IMG/VR virus record: IMGVR_UViG_3300033508_000321
DNA length: 64,000 bases
Direction: 5' to 3' (one strand)
Source of the DNA: a virus
A model generated the notes under the pieces. It did not search any database, was not told the DNA's origin, and was given only the letters and a program-made list of their open reading frames with translations. A program made the position numbers and the translations under genes. Below, piece after piece: positions 35,505 through 44,213 of this stretch (the stretch's first letter is position 1; each line of letters starts with the position of its first letter).

Positions 35505-36724
35505 GTTTACAAGATCAGATTAAGAAGATAAACGAAATGTACGGTAAAAACGTAATAAAACAGGGTAGTGAGCTACAAGCGGTGCTTAAAGTACCGATGC
35601 GTGAGCCTATACTTGACTACGTTTTGGGTGGTGGATTACCGACCGGCAGAATAATAGAATTTCTTGGTGATGAGCATACCGGAAAAACTCGTGATAGTTA
35701 CGTAGCCTTGGAACGTTTTCAGCATTTTTGCTTTGCTTGTGGTGGTTCTGATACGTTGCAAGCAGAGTGGGAAAATAGCACCGGATTTCCAAAACTTGTA
35801 TCTGCAACGTGCTCGAATTGCGAAAACCCTAGAACGTGTATTCAGGTCATTATTGACTATGAAAATACAACGGATAAAGACTTCTTGATAAAGTATTTTG
35901 ACGTGGATTTAAACGGGGTTCTTTTCAACGTGAGTGATACACCGTCTATGCTGATTAATACCGTAGAAACGTTTCTACGTAGCCCGGAAATCGGTCTTAT
36001 CATTGTGGATTCAATGGGTAGCATTAGCAGCGATGCCGAAATAGATTCACGCATGGAAGATATAAAAATGAATAGTGGCGCAAGAAACACAAATACTGCT
36101 GTACGTAAATGGCAAGCCGCTTTGAACTTCAACAGCAATAGCGTAGCACACCAAATACCTACAACGTGCATAGTGATTAATCGAGAGTACGAGACCCTAA
36201 GCATTTACAGTGCAAAAGTACCGCAGGGTGGCCGTGGTTTACGCCATGCGAAAAGCATATCCATATCCCGAAAAATCAAAGAAAAGGTGCAAGTAAAAAC
36301 ACCGAACGGTGACGTGGTAGTAGGTATTCACCGGTTGATTGAATCAAAGAAAAATAAGGCGGGAATGCCTTATCGAAAAGGTGAGGATTATCTGAATTTG
36401 GACATTAACAACCCTATTGGTTATGTTCGTGTAGATAGAGCAAGTCAGATTGTGGACATAGCTCTTCAGGAACGCATGGTAAAAAGTAGCGGCGGGTGGT
36501 TCCAGATTGGTGATGATAAATTTCACGGACGGGCGGAACTGATGAAAGAAATAGATAATACCGAATTACCAAACAAAATAGATTTATTAGTATATGGAAA
36601 ATCATTGGCTACAAGCGCAGGAAAAACCAAGCCGGAAACAAAGCCAGAAGCAGGAATTGAAACTGGCAAAAAGACTACAGGGAAAAGTAACAGCAAACTC
36701 GGGGGCGGCAAAAAACCAAAATGA
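35501..36724 (+). CDS. RecA-family recombinase with an inserted four-Cys zinc ribbon and a Lys-rich tail
   Basis: 'LDYVLGGGLPTGRIIEFLGDEHTGKT' (Walker A). 'LIIVDSMGS' (Walker B). Insert 'CFACGG...CSNCENPRTC'. Confidence 0.75.
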   Translation: MSLQDQIKKINEMYGKNVIKQGSELQAVLKVPMREPILDYVLGGGLPTGRIIEFLGDEHTGKTRDSYVALERFQHFCFACGGSDTLQAEWENSTGFPKLVSATCSNCENPRTCIQVIIDYENTTDKDFLIKYFDVDLNGVLFNVSDTPSMLINTVETFLRSPEIGLIIVDSMGSISSDAEIDSRMEDIKMNSGARNTNTAVRKWQAALNFNSNSVAHQIPTTCIVINREYETLSIYSAKVPQGGRGLRHAKSISISRKIKEKVQVKTPNGDVVVGIHRLIESKKNKAGMPYRKGEDYLNLDINNPIGYVRVDRASQIVDIALQERMVKSSGGWFQIGDDKFHGRAELMKEIDNTELPNKIDLLVYGKSLATSAGKTKPETKPEAGIETGKKTTGKSNSKLGGGKKPK

Positions 36725-36923
36725 TGTAGTGAGTAAAGATCACGAATTTGAGATTAAGTACACCGATGCTGCCAGTTATAAGTTGAACATCTCAGACCTT
36801 GAGAAACTAGAGCGCAAATGTAGTATGAACCGTGAGCCGGTCTTTTTGGTGGAATTCCGTCAAATTGGTAAGACCTATGCCATAGTAGAATTAGGATATT
36901 TAGAAACTCTGGTTAAGTTTTAA
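36594..36923 (+). CDS. Small PD-(D/E)xK nuclease, Holliday-junction-resolvase-like (start uncertain)
   Basis: It has the E...SG...D...ExK arrangement: 'ELKLAKRLQG', 'NSGA', 'NDVV', 'FEIKY'. ATG 36594 overlaps the recombinase gene by 131 nt. An alternative start is TTG 36657. Confidence 0.5.
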   Translation: MENHWLQAQEKPSRKQSQKQELKLAKRLQGKVTANSGAAKNQNDVVSKDHEFEIKYTDAASYKLNISDLEKLERKCSMNREPVFLVEFRQIGKTYAIVELGYLETLVKF

Positions 36924-37068
36924 CAACTTATTTACAATTTTAGGAAACTTTGTTAAAAACTTGTTAATTTCTTATAGATTTTAACAAATCATTAACAAAG
37001 TTTCCTTTTATAATTTATTGGTGTTTAACAACTTATTAACAAATGCTGCTTTATCTTTGTTGTATAAA
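36920..37068 (+). repeat. 149-bp intergenic cassette, copy A
   Basis: Direct repeat at 36920-36937 and 37025-37042. Inverted arms AGGAAACTTTGTTAA 36942-36956 and TTAACAAAGTTTCCT 36992-37006. TATCTTTG at 37052-37059. Confidence 0.9.
37052..37059 (+). promoter_or_regulatory. TAnnTTTG box of cassette A
   Basis: TATCTTTG at cassette offset 132. Confidence 0.5.
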
Positions 37069-37102
37069 TTTTTAAACAGAAAACAACTAAAATTTTAAAA
37101 TC

Positions 37103-38263
37103 ATGACAACAATCAATTTCAACCCAAAACGAACCACTCAGGTTAAAGACGATTTTCGTTTTTACAAAGTAATAGAATCAGCCTTTGAAATTAAGGCAGA
37201 GGAGGTAGCAATACCTTACGAAACGGTGTATTCGAGTCGTACGGGTATGACCATGGCAATCAGAGCACGCATCCCCGCCGATGTACGTATAGTAGATTGT
37301 GAAACCCAGCGTACGAAATTCAACGACAAAATTTCACTGTCACAAATAGGACGCAAAGGCACACCAATGATTATCCTACATGAATGGAAAGATAGTCAAA
37401 CCGTAACCTTTGCAATCAGCGAAGCAAAGTACGGTATATGGAAACAAGCAGAAACTGAACTCAATGTTTTCTGTATATACAAGTCCGACAACACAAAGGA
37501 TCATACATATCAACTTAATGTTCACACTTGTAAGAGGGATAACCTCCGTGAGCTGCATCGCATAATAAGCCCTATGGCTGGGTTTGACCAGCCAAAAATA
37601 GGTGAGGAGTCAATAAGTATATTCAAAAACTTGGTAGTTGACCGCTTCGATGATTATTTCATCACATCGAAGGGGTGTGCGTACTACAAGTTTGGCAGGT
37701 ACAATCCGCTGGTGGAGTTCGATATGCTAATTCCCGGAAATGATTATTGGGAAGTTGCGAACGAGACAGGAATGGATGAGCGTACGTACAACGTATTGAA
37801 GCGCATGCGTACTGAGTTTACGGTGGTTACATATGGTATGCTATATGCCGAAATAACCATGACCCACCTTGAAATAGGTGAGGATTTTGCTGTATTTACA
37901 AATGGTAAAAAACAGCTATATATCTACGAAGGCAGTACACAGTACTATGAGTACGAGGATGAAAAAGGCGAATGCACAGCATCTGAAATGCGTTACAGCT
38001 GCCGCAAAAAAGAAATTTTTTACTTGCGTAGCCAGAATGACGCCGCAAGAATTTTAGAAAAAATAAATAGTATATCAGACGATACCGTTTTTACGGTAAC
38101 TGATTCGTATCTTGCTGGTAACTGCGCGGTTGGTACCAGCAATTTTATGAAAAAATATAATTTAAAAAGCCCCATCAGTATTGGTGACCTAAGGCAGCAC
38201 CCTCAGTATGTCGAGTTGCTAAGTAACGCTAGATTTCTAGCGGTGCTAGTTGGGAAAGAGTAG
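37103..38263 (+). CDS. Hypothetical protein (cargo of cassette A)
   Basis: 386 aa. No motif recognised. Bracketed by cassette A and the GGGGCGAAAGCCCC hairpin. Confidence 0.7.
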   Translation: MTTINFNPKRTTQVKDDFRFYKVIESAFEIKAEEVAIPYETVYSSRTGMTMAIRARIPADVRIVDCETQRTKFNDKISLSQIGRKGTPMIILHEWKDSQTVTFAISEAKYGIWKQAETELNVFCIYKSDNTKDHTYQLNVHTCKRDNLRELHRIISPMAGFDQPKIGEESISIFKNLVVDRFDDYFITSKGCAYYKFGRYNPLVEFDMLIPGNDYWEVANETGMDERTYNVLKRMRTEFTVVTYGMLYAEITMTHLEIGEDFAVFTNGKKQLYIYEGSTQYYEYEDEKGECTASEMRYSCRKKEIFYLRSQNDAARILEKINSISDDTVFTVTDSYLAGNCAVGTSNFMKKYNLKSPISIGDLRQHPQYVELLSNARFLAVLVGKE

Positions 38264-38271
38264 TAAAAAAC

Positions 38272-38288
38272 GGGGCGAAAGCCCCTTT
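38272..38288 (+). terminator. GNRA-loop hairpin terminator GGGGC-GAAA-GCCCC (copy 1 of 3)
   Basis: Identical 14-mer at 38272, 54228 and 58956, here followed by TTT. Confidence 0.6.
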
Positions 38289-38382
38289 AAAACCTAGATA
38301 ATTATGTTTTAATATGAATTTTTTAGATATAGAAGTTTCGGAGAAACTTATACTCTGTAAGTAATTAATAAGCTAAAGTAAC

Positions 38383-38616
38383 ATGATACACGATTTGGAC
38401 AACGTTTTATTAAGCCCTCGTATAGAGGCAACATGGCTGACAATGCTAACTACTATGAGTAGTGAGCTTATGGAGAAATACCCTGATTTAACACTGGGTG
38501 AAGTACCCGACGAACAGTTACGGGTACTACCAAGTGGTAATGCCGAGTTATTCATCCAAGTTCGTGAAAGCGAACTGAAACTAGCAGTACCAAGGGACGA
38601 ATACGCAATAGTTTAA
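38383..38616 (+). CDS. Hypothetical protein
   Basis: 77 aa with an ATG start. Confidence 0.45.
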   Translation: MIHDLDNVLLSPRIEATWLTMLTTMSSELMEKYPDLTLGEVPDEQLRVLPSGNAELFIQVRESELKLAVPRDEYAIV

Positions 38617-38624
38617 ATAGTGTA

Positions 38625-39776
38625 ATGGAAAAACTAGTTTACGTAAAAAAAAGGGAGGGGAACTGGTATGTAGAACCAAATACCCTAATAAGTCAGCCTA
38701 GCGTTAGCAACATAAACCAATGGTATGACTTCGATATTTCAGGAAAGAGAATGATCCTCAGACCGCAGCATCCCGGTTACAATGATGGTGACATAATCGG
38801 CTTTAAATCCGCCGCTTTTTTTCCTGATGATGACTACGTAGGTGCAGGTGCAGAATGGACAGAGGTATGTATTTCCGGTGTATGGAAACACGAACCATAC
38901 TTCGAGAAATATCCATCGGCAAAACCAAAAATTCGTGAGTTGGATATCTTGAAAAAGAACATCGAACCGATGACAATAGAAGCAAGTGGATTTGCTATTG
39001 ATACCGATTTGTGGTACTACCTGCTACTACTGATGAAACAAGGTAAGCAGGTGCTACTAAGCGGTGCGAGCGGTAGCGGAAAAACGGAGCTACCGATGTA
39101 CTTAGTTAAACATTTGAACGGATTGAAAAACGTTAGCGCACGAAAACTTGATATCTTTGATATGGCAGTGAGTAACCCGGAGGCGAATTTCAAAGGTCAG
39201 ATGCATATGGTTAACGGTACAACCGAATTTGTATATAGCAGATTCGCAAAAAGGATTCAAGAACCTCACCAAGTGATAGTACTGGACGAGGTAAACCGTG
39301 GTGACTTGGACGTGCAAAATATGCTGATGCCGTTGTTCGATGGACGTAGAACTCTATTTGTAGAGCGTGGACATACCGAAGAGATAAAAGCACACCCCAC
39401 TACCGTTTTTTGGGCGACTGCCAATGTAGGTAACGAATTTGCGGGTACAAACATGATTGACTTAGCATTCCTGCAACGTTTTCATGTGGTAGAAGTGCCA
39501 TTTCCAAAACCAGAGGACGAAGTAAAAGTACTCGAGATGCGTACTAGGGTTGAACATGATTCGGCTGTAAAACTGGTAAAATTGGCGGGAAAAGTTCGTG
39601 AAAACCCTAGTATAAAACCAATATCCACACGCCAGTTAATTTTTACATCTGAGCTAGTCGTGGCAGGTTATCCAATAGTGAAAGCAATAGAACTTTCAAT
39701 CCTTACTCAGTACCCTACTGATGGGTTTTCAGGCGGTGACCGTGGAATAGTAAAAGCAGAAATTTTGAAGCTATGA
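38625..39776 (+). CDS. AAA+ ATPase (MoxR / CobS / NorQ-like, AAA_5 type)
   Basis: Walker A 'LLSGASGSGKTE'. Walker B 'VIVLDEVNRGDLDVQNMLMPLFDGRR'. Paired by an ATGA overlap with a vWA protein. Confidence 0.8.
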   Translation: MEKLVYVKKREGNWYVEPNTLISQPSVSNINQWYDFDISGKRMILRPQHPGYNDGDIIGFKSAAFFPDDDYVGAGAEWTEVCISGVWKHEPYFEKYPSAKPKIRELDILKKNIEPMTIEASGFAIDTDLWYYLLLLMKQGKQVLLSGASGSGKTELPMYLVKHLNGLKNVSARKLDIFDMAVSNPEANFKGQMHMVNGTTEFVYSRFAKRIQEPHQVIVLDEVNRGDLDVQNMLMPLFDGRRTLFVERGHTEEIKAHPTTVFWATANVGNEFAGTNMIDLAFLQRFHVVEVPFPKPEDEVKVLEMRTRVEHDSAVKLVKLAGKVRENPSIKPISTRQLIFTSELVVAGYPIVKAIELSILTQYPTDGFSGGDRGIVKAEILKL

Positions 39777-41446
39777 GAGTATTCGATGCATTAAAAACTG
39801 ACTGGCTTGGACGTGGTGAAAACTATGTGAAACGTGCAGAATTAACTTTTGATTTGTTAACGCTTGAACCTTATTCTACTTTCATGTACAAAATACCGGC
39901 GGGTGCAGTTAGTTTCGTACAACCGCTCACCACTAAATTTGTCAGCACGATAAAACCGGTGACGATAAAGTATAGCGATAAAGGTAGCAGCACTGATGGT
40001 AAGCAAATTATAATCAGCACCGAGCCAGAGGCTACTTTAGAACCACAGAAAGCGTTGGACGTGATGATCGGTCTGGGATGCCGTGAAGTAGCGCACATCA
40101 TGTATACAACATTTGAGGTGGAGAAAAATGAGGTTTTGCGAGCGATTATAAACATTGTAGAGGATGAACGTATAGAGGATCGAATGGTAACAGATTTGCC
40201 CGGCGTTTTTCCATTCTTACAGCGTGCAAAAGCGTTCTTTTTTGACAGAATACCCGATGCGCCTAAAAACGAATTACAAGAGATATTTTTGGCCTTTTTA
40301 CGCTTAGTACGTTACCCTGCTACACTACCCGAGGAATTAGCTGATAAGTATAATGATGTGCTGGAACAGATACTTGAAATCTTGACACCGTACCCGAGCA
40401 CGTTCGAAGAGGTAAAAATTGCATCGAAAAAAATATACGAACTGTTTCTACAATTCATGGACGAGCAAGAAGAACAGCAACAACGGAATGAGCAAGGCGA
40501 AAGTGAGGATGTGGAAGAGGGCGAAGGGCAAAGCAGTGGTGAGGAATCTACTGAGGAAAAAATGCTACGTATGCTGAAAAGTTTGGCGCAAGCATTAGAA
40601 CCAGAGGTAGAAGGTGAAAAGCCAGAGGATACTCGAATACTACCAACCGAGGGCACGTGTGATGTATTTTCGGTAAGGTGGCAAAAACCCGGCGGAATGA
40701 TAAAAGGTAAACCTGACTTAAGTAGCGTAGCAGCTATCCGCCGTGAATTTCTACCGATTGACTATACCAAGAAACACGTGCTACACAATAAAAATAGCGG
40801 TAGCTTAGATGATACTGAACTGGTACGAGGCTTTGCCGGTAGTAAGAACATCTACGAGGTAACATCATACGGAAAAGCCGATATTTTGAATCTTGTTCTT
40901 TTGGTGGATCAATCTGGTAGCATGGATGGTAGCCGAATAGAAATGGCAAGAAACGTAGCTATAATCGTGAGGGAAGCAACACGTGGATTTTCATTTATTC
41001 GCTTTTTTGCTTATGGTCATTCTACTGAGGATAGTGGTAGACCTACACCTACGGACTTAGATATTTTTTGCGAAAAGGGCGTGGATAAATTGGATTCGAT
41101 ACAAGCGAAAAATGCTTGCAATCGTGATGGTAGCGCAATCATGGAGGTTACTGCTCGAGTACAAGCATTAAGCCCCTACAAAACTGTTATTCTGATGATC
41201 AGCGATGGCCAACCGAATGCCTTAGTACCACACGGGTTTACGGATGAAAGTTTTATACGTCACGCAGTAAAATTTGCGGAAAAACGGAAAACCAAAATAG
41301 CACACATAAGCATGGTAGGTTTATCGTGGAAAAACGTATACGCATACGAGATGGATGCAAGCAGTAATTTTACCATGAAAATGGTACTGATGCTTAGACA
41401 GGTATTGAAAGATAATTTTGCTCAAAATGTGTTAACAAAACTTTAA
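39773..41446 (+). CDS. vWA-domain protein (CobT / NorD-like partner of the AAA+ ATPase)
   Basis: MIDAS 'LVLLVDQSGSMDG', with a later 'MISDGQPN'. An acidic low-complexity stretch 'EEQQQRNEQGESEDVEEGEGQSSGEESTEE' lies mid-protein. Confidence 0.75.
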   Translation: MRVFDALKTDWLGRGENYVKRAELTFDLLTLEPYSTFMYKIPAGAVSFVQPLTTKFVSTIKPVTIKYSDKGSSTDGKQIIISTEPEATLEPQKALDVMIGLGCREVAHIMYTTFEVEKNEVLRAIINIVEDERIEDRMVTDLPGVFPFLQRAKAFFFDRIPDAPKNELQEIFLAFLRLVRYPATLPEELADKYNDVLEQILEILTPYPSTFEEVKIASKKIYELFLQFMDEQEEQQQRNEQGESEDVEEGEGQSSGEESTEEKMLRMLKSLAQALEPEVEGEKPEDTRILPTEGTCDVFSVRWQKPGGMIKGKPDLSSVAAIRREFLPIDYTKKHVLHNKNSGSLDDTELVRGFAGSKNIYEVTSYGKADILNLVLLVDQSGSMDGSRIEMARNVAIIVREATRGFSFIRFFAYGHSTEDSGRPTPTDLDIFCEKGVDKLDSIQAKNACNRDGSAIMEVTARVQALSPYKTVILMISDGQPNALVPHGFTDESFIRHAVKFAEKRKTKIAHISMVGLSWKNVYAYEMDASSNFTMKMVLMLRQVLKDNFAQNVLTKL

Positions 41447-41504
41447 CAAGCGTACGGGTAAGTAACTAAGTGAAATACAACTATATTTACAAGAAATAAA
41501 CAAC

Positions 41505-42323
41505 ATGGCAAATCCATTGAAGGAAATAAAGAAAATGATAGATGACCCGATGCAAGCGGTTGTGTATGATTTGCCCTCAGGTACGAGGGATGAGTATAAA
41601 GACCGTTTGCGAGATTTTAAGGGTATGATTGACCAGTATTTAGATGGTCAGATACGTAGTAAACACATTGCTTTGGCCGCTTTTGAACTGGCATTCTGGC
41701 AATTTAAACGTAGCTACGGTGGTGGTTTTCACCCGAGTGAAGTAAGTAAAGGCGATTACTGCAAAAGAAAATTGTACTTCGAATACGTAGGTACAGAACC
41801 TGAAAAAAGTCGGAGTTTCAGTCAGCAAACTATGCGTATCTTTAATCTCGGTACTATGGTGCATTTGTATATGCAGTATGTACTGTTGAAAGAAAAAGTA
41901 ATTACCGATTTCGAAGTGCCGGTGGTGAGCAAAACCCTAGGAATAAACGGTAGTGCTGATGGTGAAAACACGGCGGAAGAGATAACGTTTGAAATAAAAA
42001 CGATGTCTTCATTCATCTTCGCAAAACTGGTTGAACCGGTAAAGGAACACGTCAGACAGGCAACAATGTACGCTTATCCTAGAGGTATGAAACGTATAAG
42101 ACTAATTTATGTGAATAAAGATTCGCTCGAGTTAAAAACGTTTTTAGTGCCCTTAGATATGGATTTCCTGAATCAATTTGCCGAGGTAGTATTCGAGTTA
42201 AAAACGCTGAAGAAAGAAAACGAAAAAAGCGGGGTGGAAACCCTACCTGAAAAACGCTGTAAAAATCGCATGGATAACCGAGCACTCGAATGTCCGTTTG
42301 CCAATAAATGTTTTGAAGCATGA
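41505..42323 (+). CDS. Cas4 / RecB-like PD-(D/E)xK exonuclease with Cys cluster
   Basis: 'GSADG', 'FEIKT' (ExK), 'QATMYAY' (QxxxY). One N-terminal Cys ('DYCKRK') and C-terminal 'CKNRMDNRALECPFANKC'. Confidence 0.7.
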   Translation: MANPLKEIKKMIDDPMQAVVYDLPSGTRDEYKDRLRDFKGMIDQYLDGQIRSKHIALAAFELAFWQFKRSYGGGFHPSEVSKGDYCKRKLYFEYVGTEPEKSRSFSQQTMRIFNLGTMVHLYMQYVLLKEKVITDFEVPVVSKTLGINGSADGENTAEEITFEIKTMSSFIFAKLVEPVKEHVRQATMYAYPRGMKRIRLIYVNKDSLELKTFLVPLDMDFLNQFAEVVFELKTLKKENEKSGVETLPEKRCKNRMDNRALECPFANKCFEA

Positions 42324-42823
42324 AAAAAGCGGTAAAATATCCATTTTTAGACGATATACCCGAGGATCTGGTATTAAAGATAGAACGCCTGTATAAAATA
42401 TATGCTAAGCTAGGTTTACAAGAGCAAAGCGATGTACCGGACACGCTAATGAATTACCCGAGCACGATTTCTTCACTCAGTACGTATGATGTTGCGGATT
42501 TACACGCAAATTATACAGCATGGTCAGGTTTTACAAGCGATAAATTCAAATACTTAATGGCTGCTACTTTGGTGTTAAAATCGGAACTCGAAAGCAAGAT
42601 AAACCAGAAAATAGCCATTACCACATACCCAAAAGGTGTGACCGCATTAGAGAAAAAAGCAAGGGCGGCAAATGGTACAAACGTTATTCAGTTAAAGGAA
42701 AAACTAGAGGAATTAGAAGCACTAGGCGAAATGATAAAAATTGAACGTGAAAGACTTGATATGCAGGTTATGGCATTACGTAGTGAACTAAGAAGAAGGG
42801 AAGCAGAATATGGGAACGCATAA
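42320..42823 (+). CDS. Hypothetical coiled-coil protein
   Basis: 167 aa. ATGA overlap. The C-terminal half is heptad-rich. Confidence 0.55.
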   Translation: MKKAVKYPFLDDIPEDLVLKIERLYKIYAKLGLQEQSDVPDTLMNYPSTISSLSTYDVADLHANYTAWSGFTSDKFKYLMAATLVLKSELESKINQKIAITTYPKGVTALEKKARAANGTNVIQLKEKLEELEALGEMIKIERERLDMQVMALRSELRRREAEYGNA

Positions 42824-43253
42824 AGGAACTTGGAAACATTTTGAACGTGAAGTAGCCGCTTACTTCGGATCTCACCGTGTACCGTTATCCGGGATGAGTA
42901 ATTACATTCAAAAAGGTGATGTATTGCATGAGTTTCTTCATGTAGAATGCAAGTACAGGGCACAGTGGCCGAAGTACGTACCCTTGGAATTTGCCGGGCG
43001 ACTTATCATAAATGGTGAGTATGTGATGTGGTGCAAACCGGTAGGTAAGAACGGTAAAAAAGGCGAAGAAATAGTAGCTGAAGCAATCTTGAGGGAGGGT
43101 ACATCACTGGAGGTATTATTTGCTTACACAGAAAAAGAAGCGGCGGAAAAAATTCCGGTGGTAGCGCTAAAGAAAAAAGGGCACGTAGGATTTGTGCTGA
43201 TGTGCAGAAAAGAACATTACGAAAAAGTAAAAAGTTATGTGGTACAAAATTAA
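42810..43253 (+). CDS. Small PD-(D/E)xK nuclease, Holliday-junction-resolvase-like
   Basis: 'FEREVAAYFG', 'PLSG', 'KGDVL' and 'VECKY' show the same E-SG-D-ExK layout as 36594-36923. Confidence 0.55.
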   Translation: MGTHKGTWKHFEREVAAYFGSHRVPLSGMSNYIQKGDVLHEFLHVECKYRAQWPKYVPLEFAGRLIINGEYVMWCKPVGKNGKKGEEIVAEAILREGTSLEVLFAYTEKEAAEKIPVVALKKKGHVGFVLMCRKEHYEKVKSYVVQN

Positions 43254-43626
43254 CAAAGAGAATTTAGAACCTACCATGCAGGTAGCACACCGACCAAAAA
43301 TAACACCGCTAGAGGTGTTCAGAAAATTGGCGGCAGAGGTAACAGACGATGCACTTATAACGTATTTAGAAGTGCTTAGGAAACGTTTCTACGTAGAAGA
43401 AAGAATACTTGTACACAATGTCGGTTTGCTCACACACATGGAAAAAAACAACGTGCTGAGCGAAGTTGTAAACCGTATTCAGCATCTAGGATTGAAGGGC
43501 GAAATAAAGCGGGAAAATGTGCTGGCGTTTCTTGCTTTGCTCAAATATCACTACTCAATAAACGTAGAAAATTTGGGTGGAAAAGATCGTTTAACAGTGT
43601 TAAATTACTTTTATGAGCGTAGCTAG
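43237..43626 (+). CDS. Hypothetical protein
   Basis: 129 aa. Overlaps both neighbours. Confidence 0.5.
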   Translation: MWYKINKENLEPTMQVAHRPKITPLEVFRKLAAEVTDDALITYLEVLRKRFYVEERILVHNVGLLTHMEKNNVLSEVVNRIQHLGLKGEIKRENVLAFLALLKYHYSINVENLGGKDRLTVLNYFYERS

Positions 43627-43912
43627 GGTAGAAAGCATAAAGCTATCAGAGGTAACACATGAGCGTGATTTCGTACTCAAAACGCTGGGTTTTGCTAATC
43701 GTCAGTGGGAAAGTAGTAGGCTGCAGCTTACTTTTGGCGAGGCACTGGGTGTTTTTCGGGCAGTTACTGAGCTAGGGTCGTTTGTTGGTATGTCAGCGCA
43801 CACGCCTCAGATGTTTATTTTTGTTGACGTGAACATAAAGAGTCACGCAGCAATGGACATGGTAGCCAATTTAGAGTACAGATGTAAAGTAAAAACGGCA
43901 AAAGATTTTTAA
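43613..43912 (+). CDS. Small paralogue family member 1 (C-terminal 'LEYRCKVK' motif)
   Basis: 99 aa. It has the shared C-terminal motif plus a 5-aa tail. Confidence 0.55.
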   Translation: MSVARVESIKLSEVTHERDFVLKTLGFANRQWESSRLQLTFGEALGVFRAVTELGSFVGMSAHTPQMFIFVDVNIKSHAAMDMVANLEYRCKVKTAKDF

Positions 43913-43916
43913 TGTT

Positions 43917-44213
43917 ATGAGTTTCCAAACCTACGCAGGTAAACAAGCAATGAAAGACATAGTTTTTTCTTTCGAGGACTTAGCTCGGAAGGTTACATGG
44001 GTAAAAGGGCAAGCACCAACAAATGCAGAATACGAAAAACGGGCGAAAATAAACGGGAAACTGACCATGTATAGAGATTGGGTAAAAGCACCTACAACAA
44101 TAGGTACGGTAGACTATATAAGTGATACCGGATGGCATTTCACAAACTCAGGTTTGGACGTAATTAGTTGGGATAAACTTGTAAACCTTGAGTACCTATG
44201 TCGAGTGAAGTAG
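43917..44213 (+). CDS. Small paralogue family member 2 ('LEYLCRVK*')
   Basis: 98 aa. It shares 'VFSFEDLARKVTW' with member 3. Confidence 0.55.
   Translation: MSFQTYAGKQAMKDIVFSFEDLARKVTWVKGQAPTNAEYEKRAKINGKLTMYRDWVKAPTTIGTVDYISDTGWHFTNSGLDVISWDKLVNLEYLCRVK

Noticed and set aside
40312-40656. 114-aa minus-strand ORF inside the vWA gene
   Set aside because: It is antisense to the acidic low-complexity region (GAA/GAG-rich DNA gives S/C-rich open frames).
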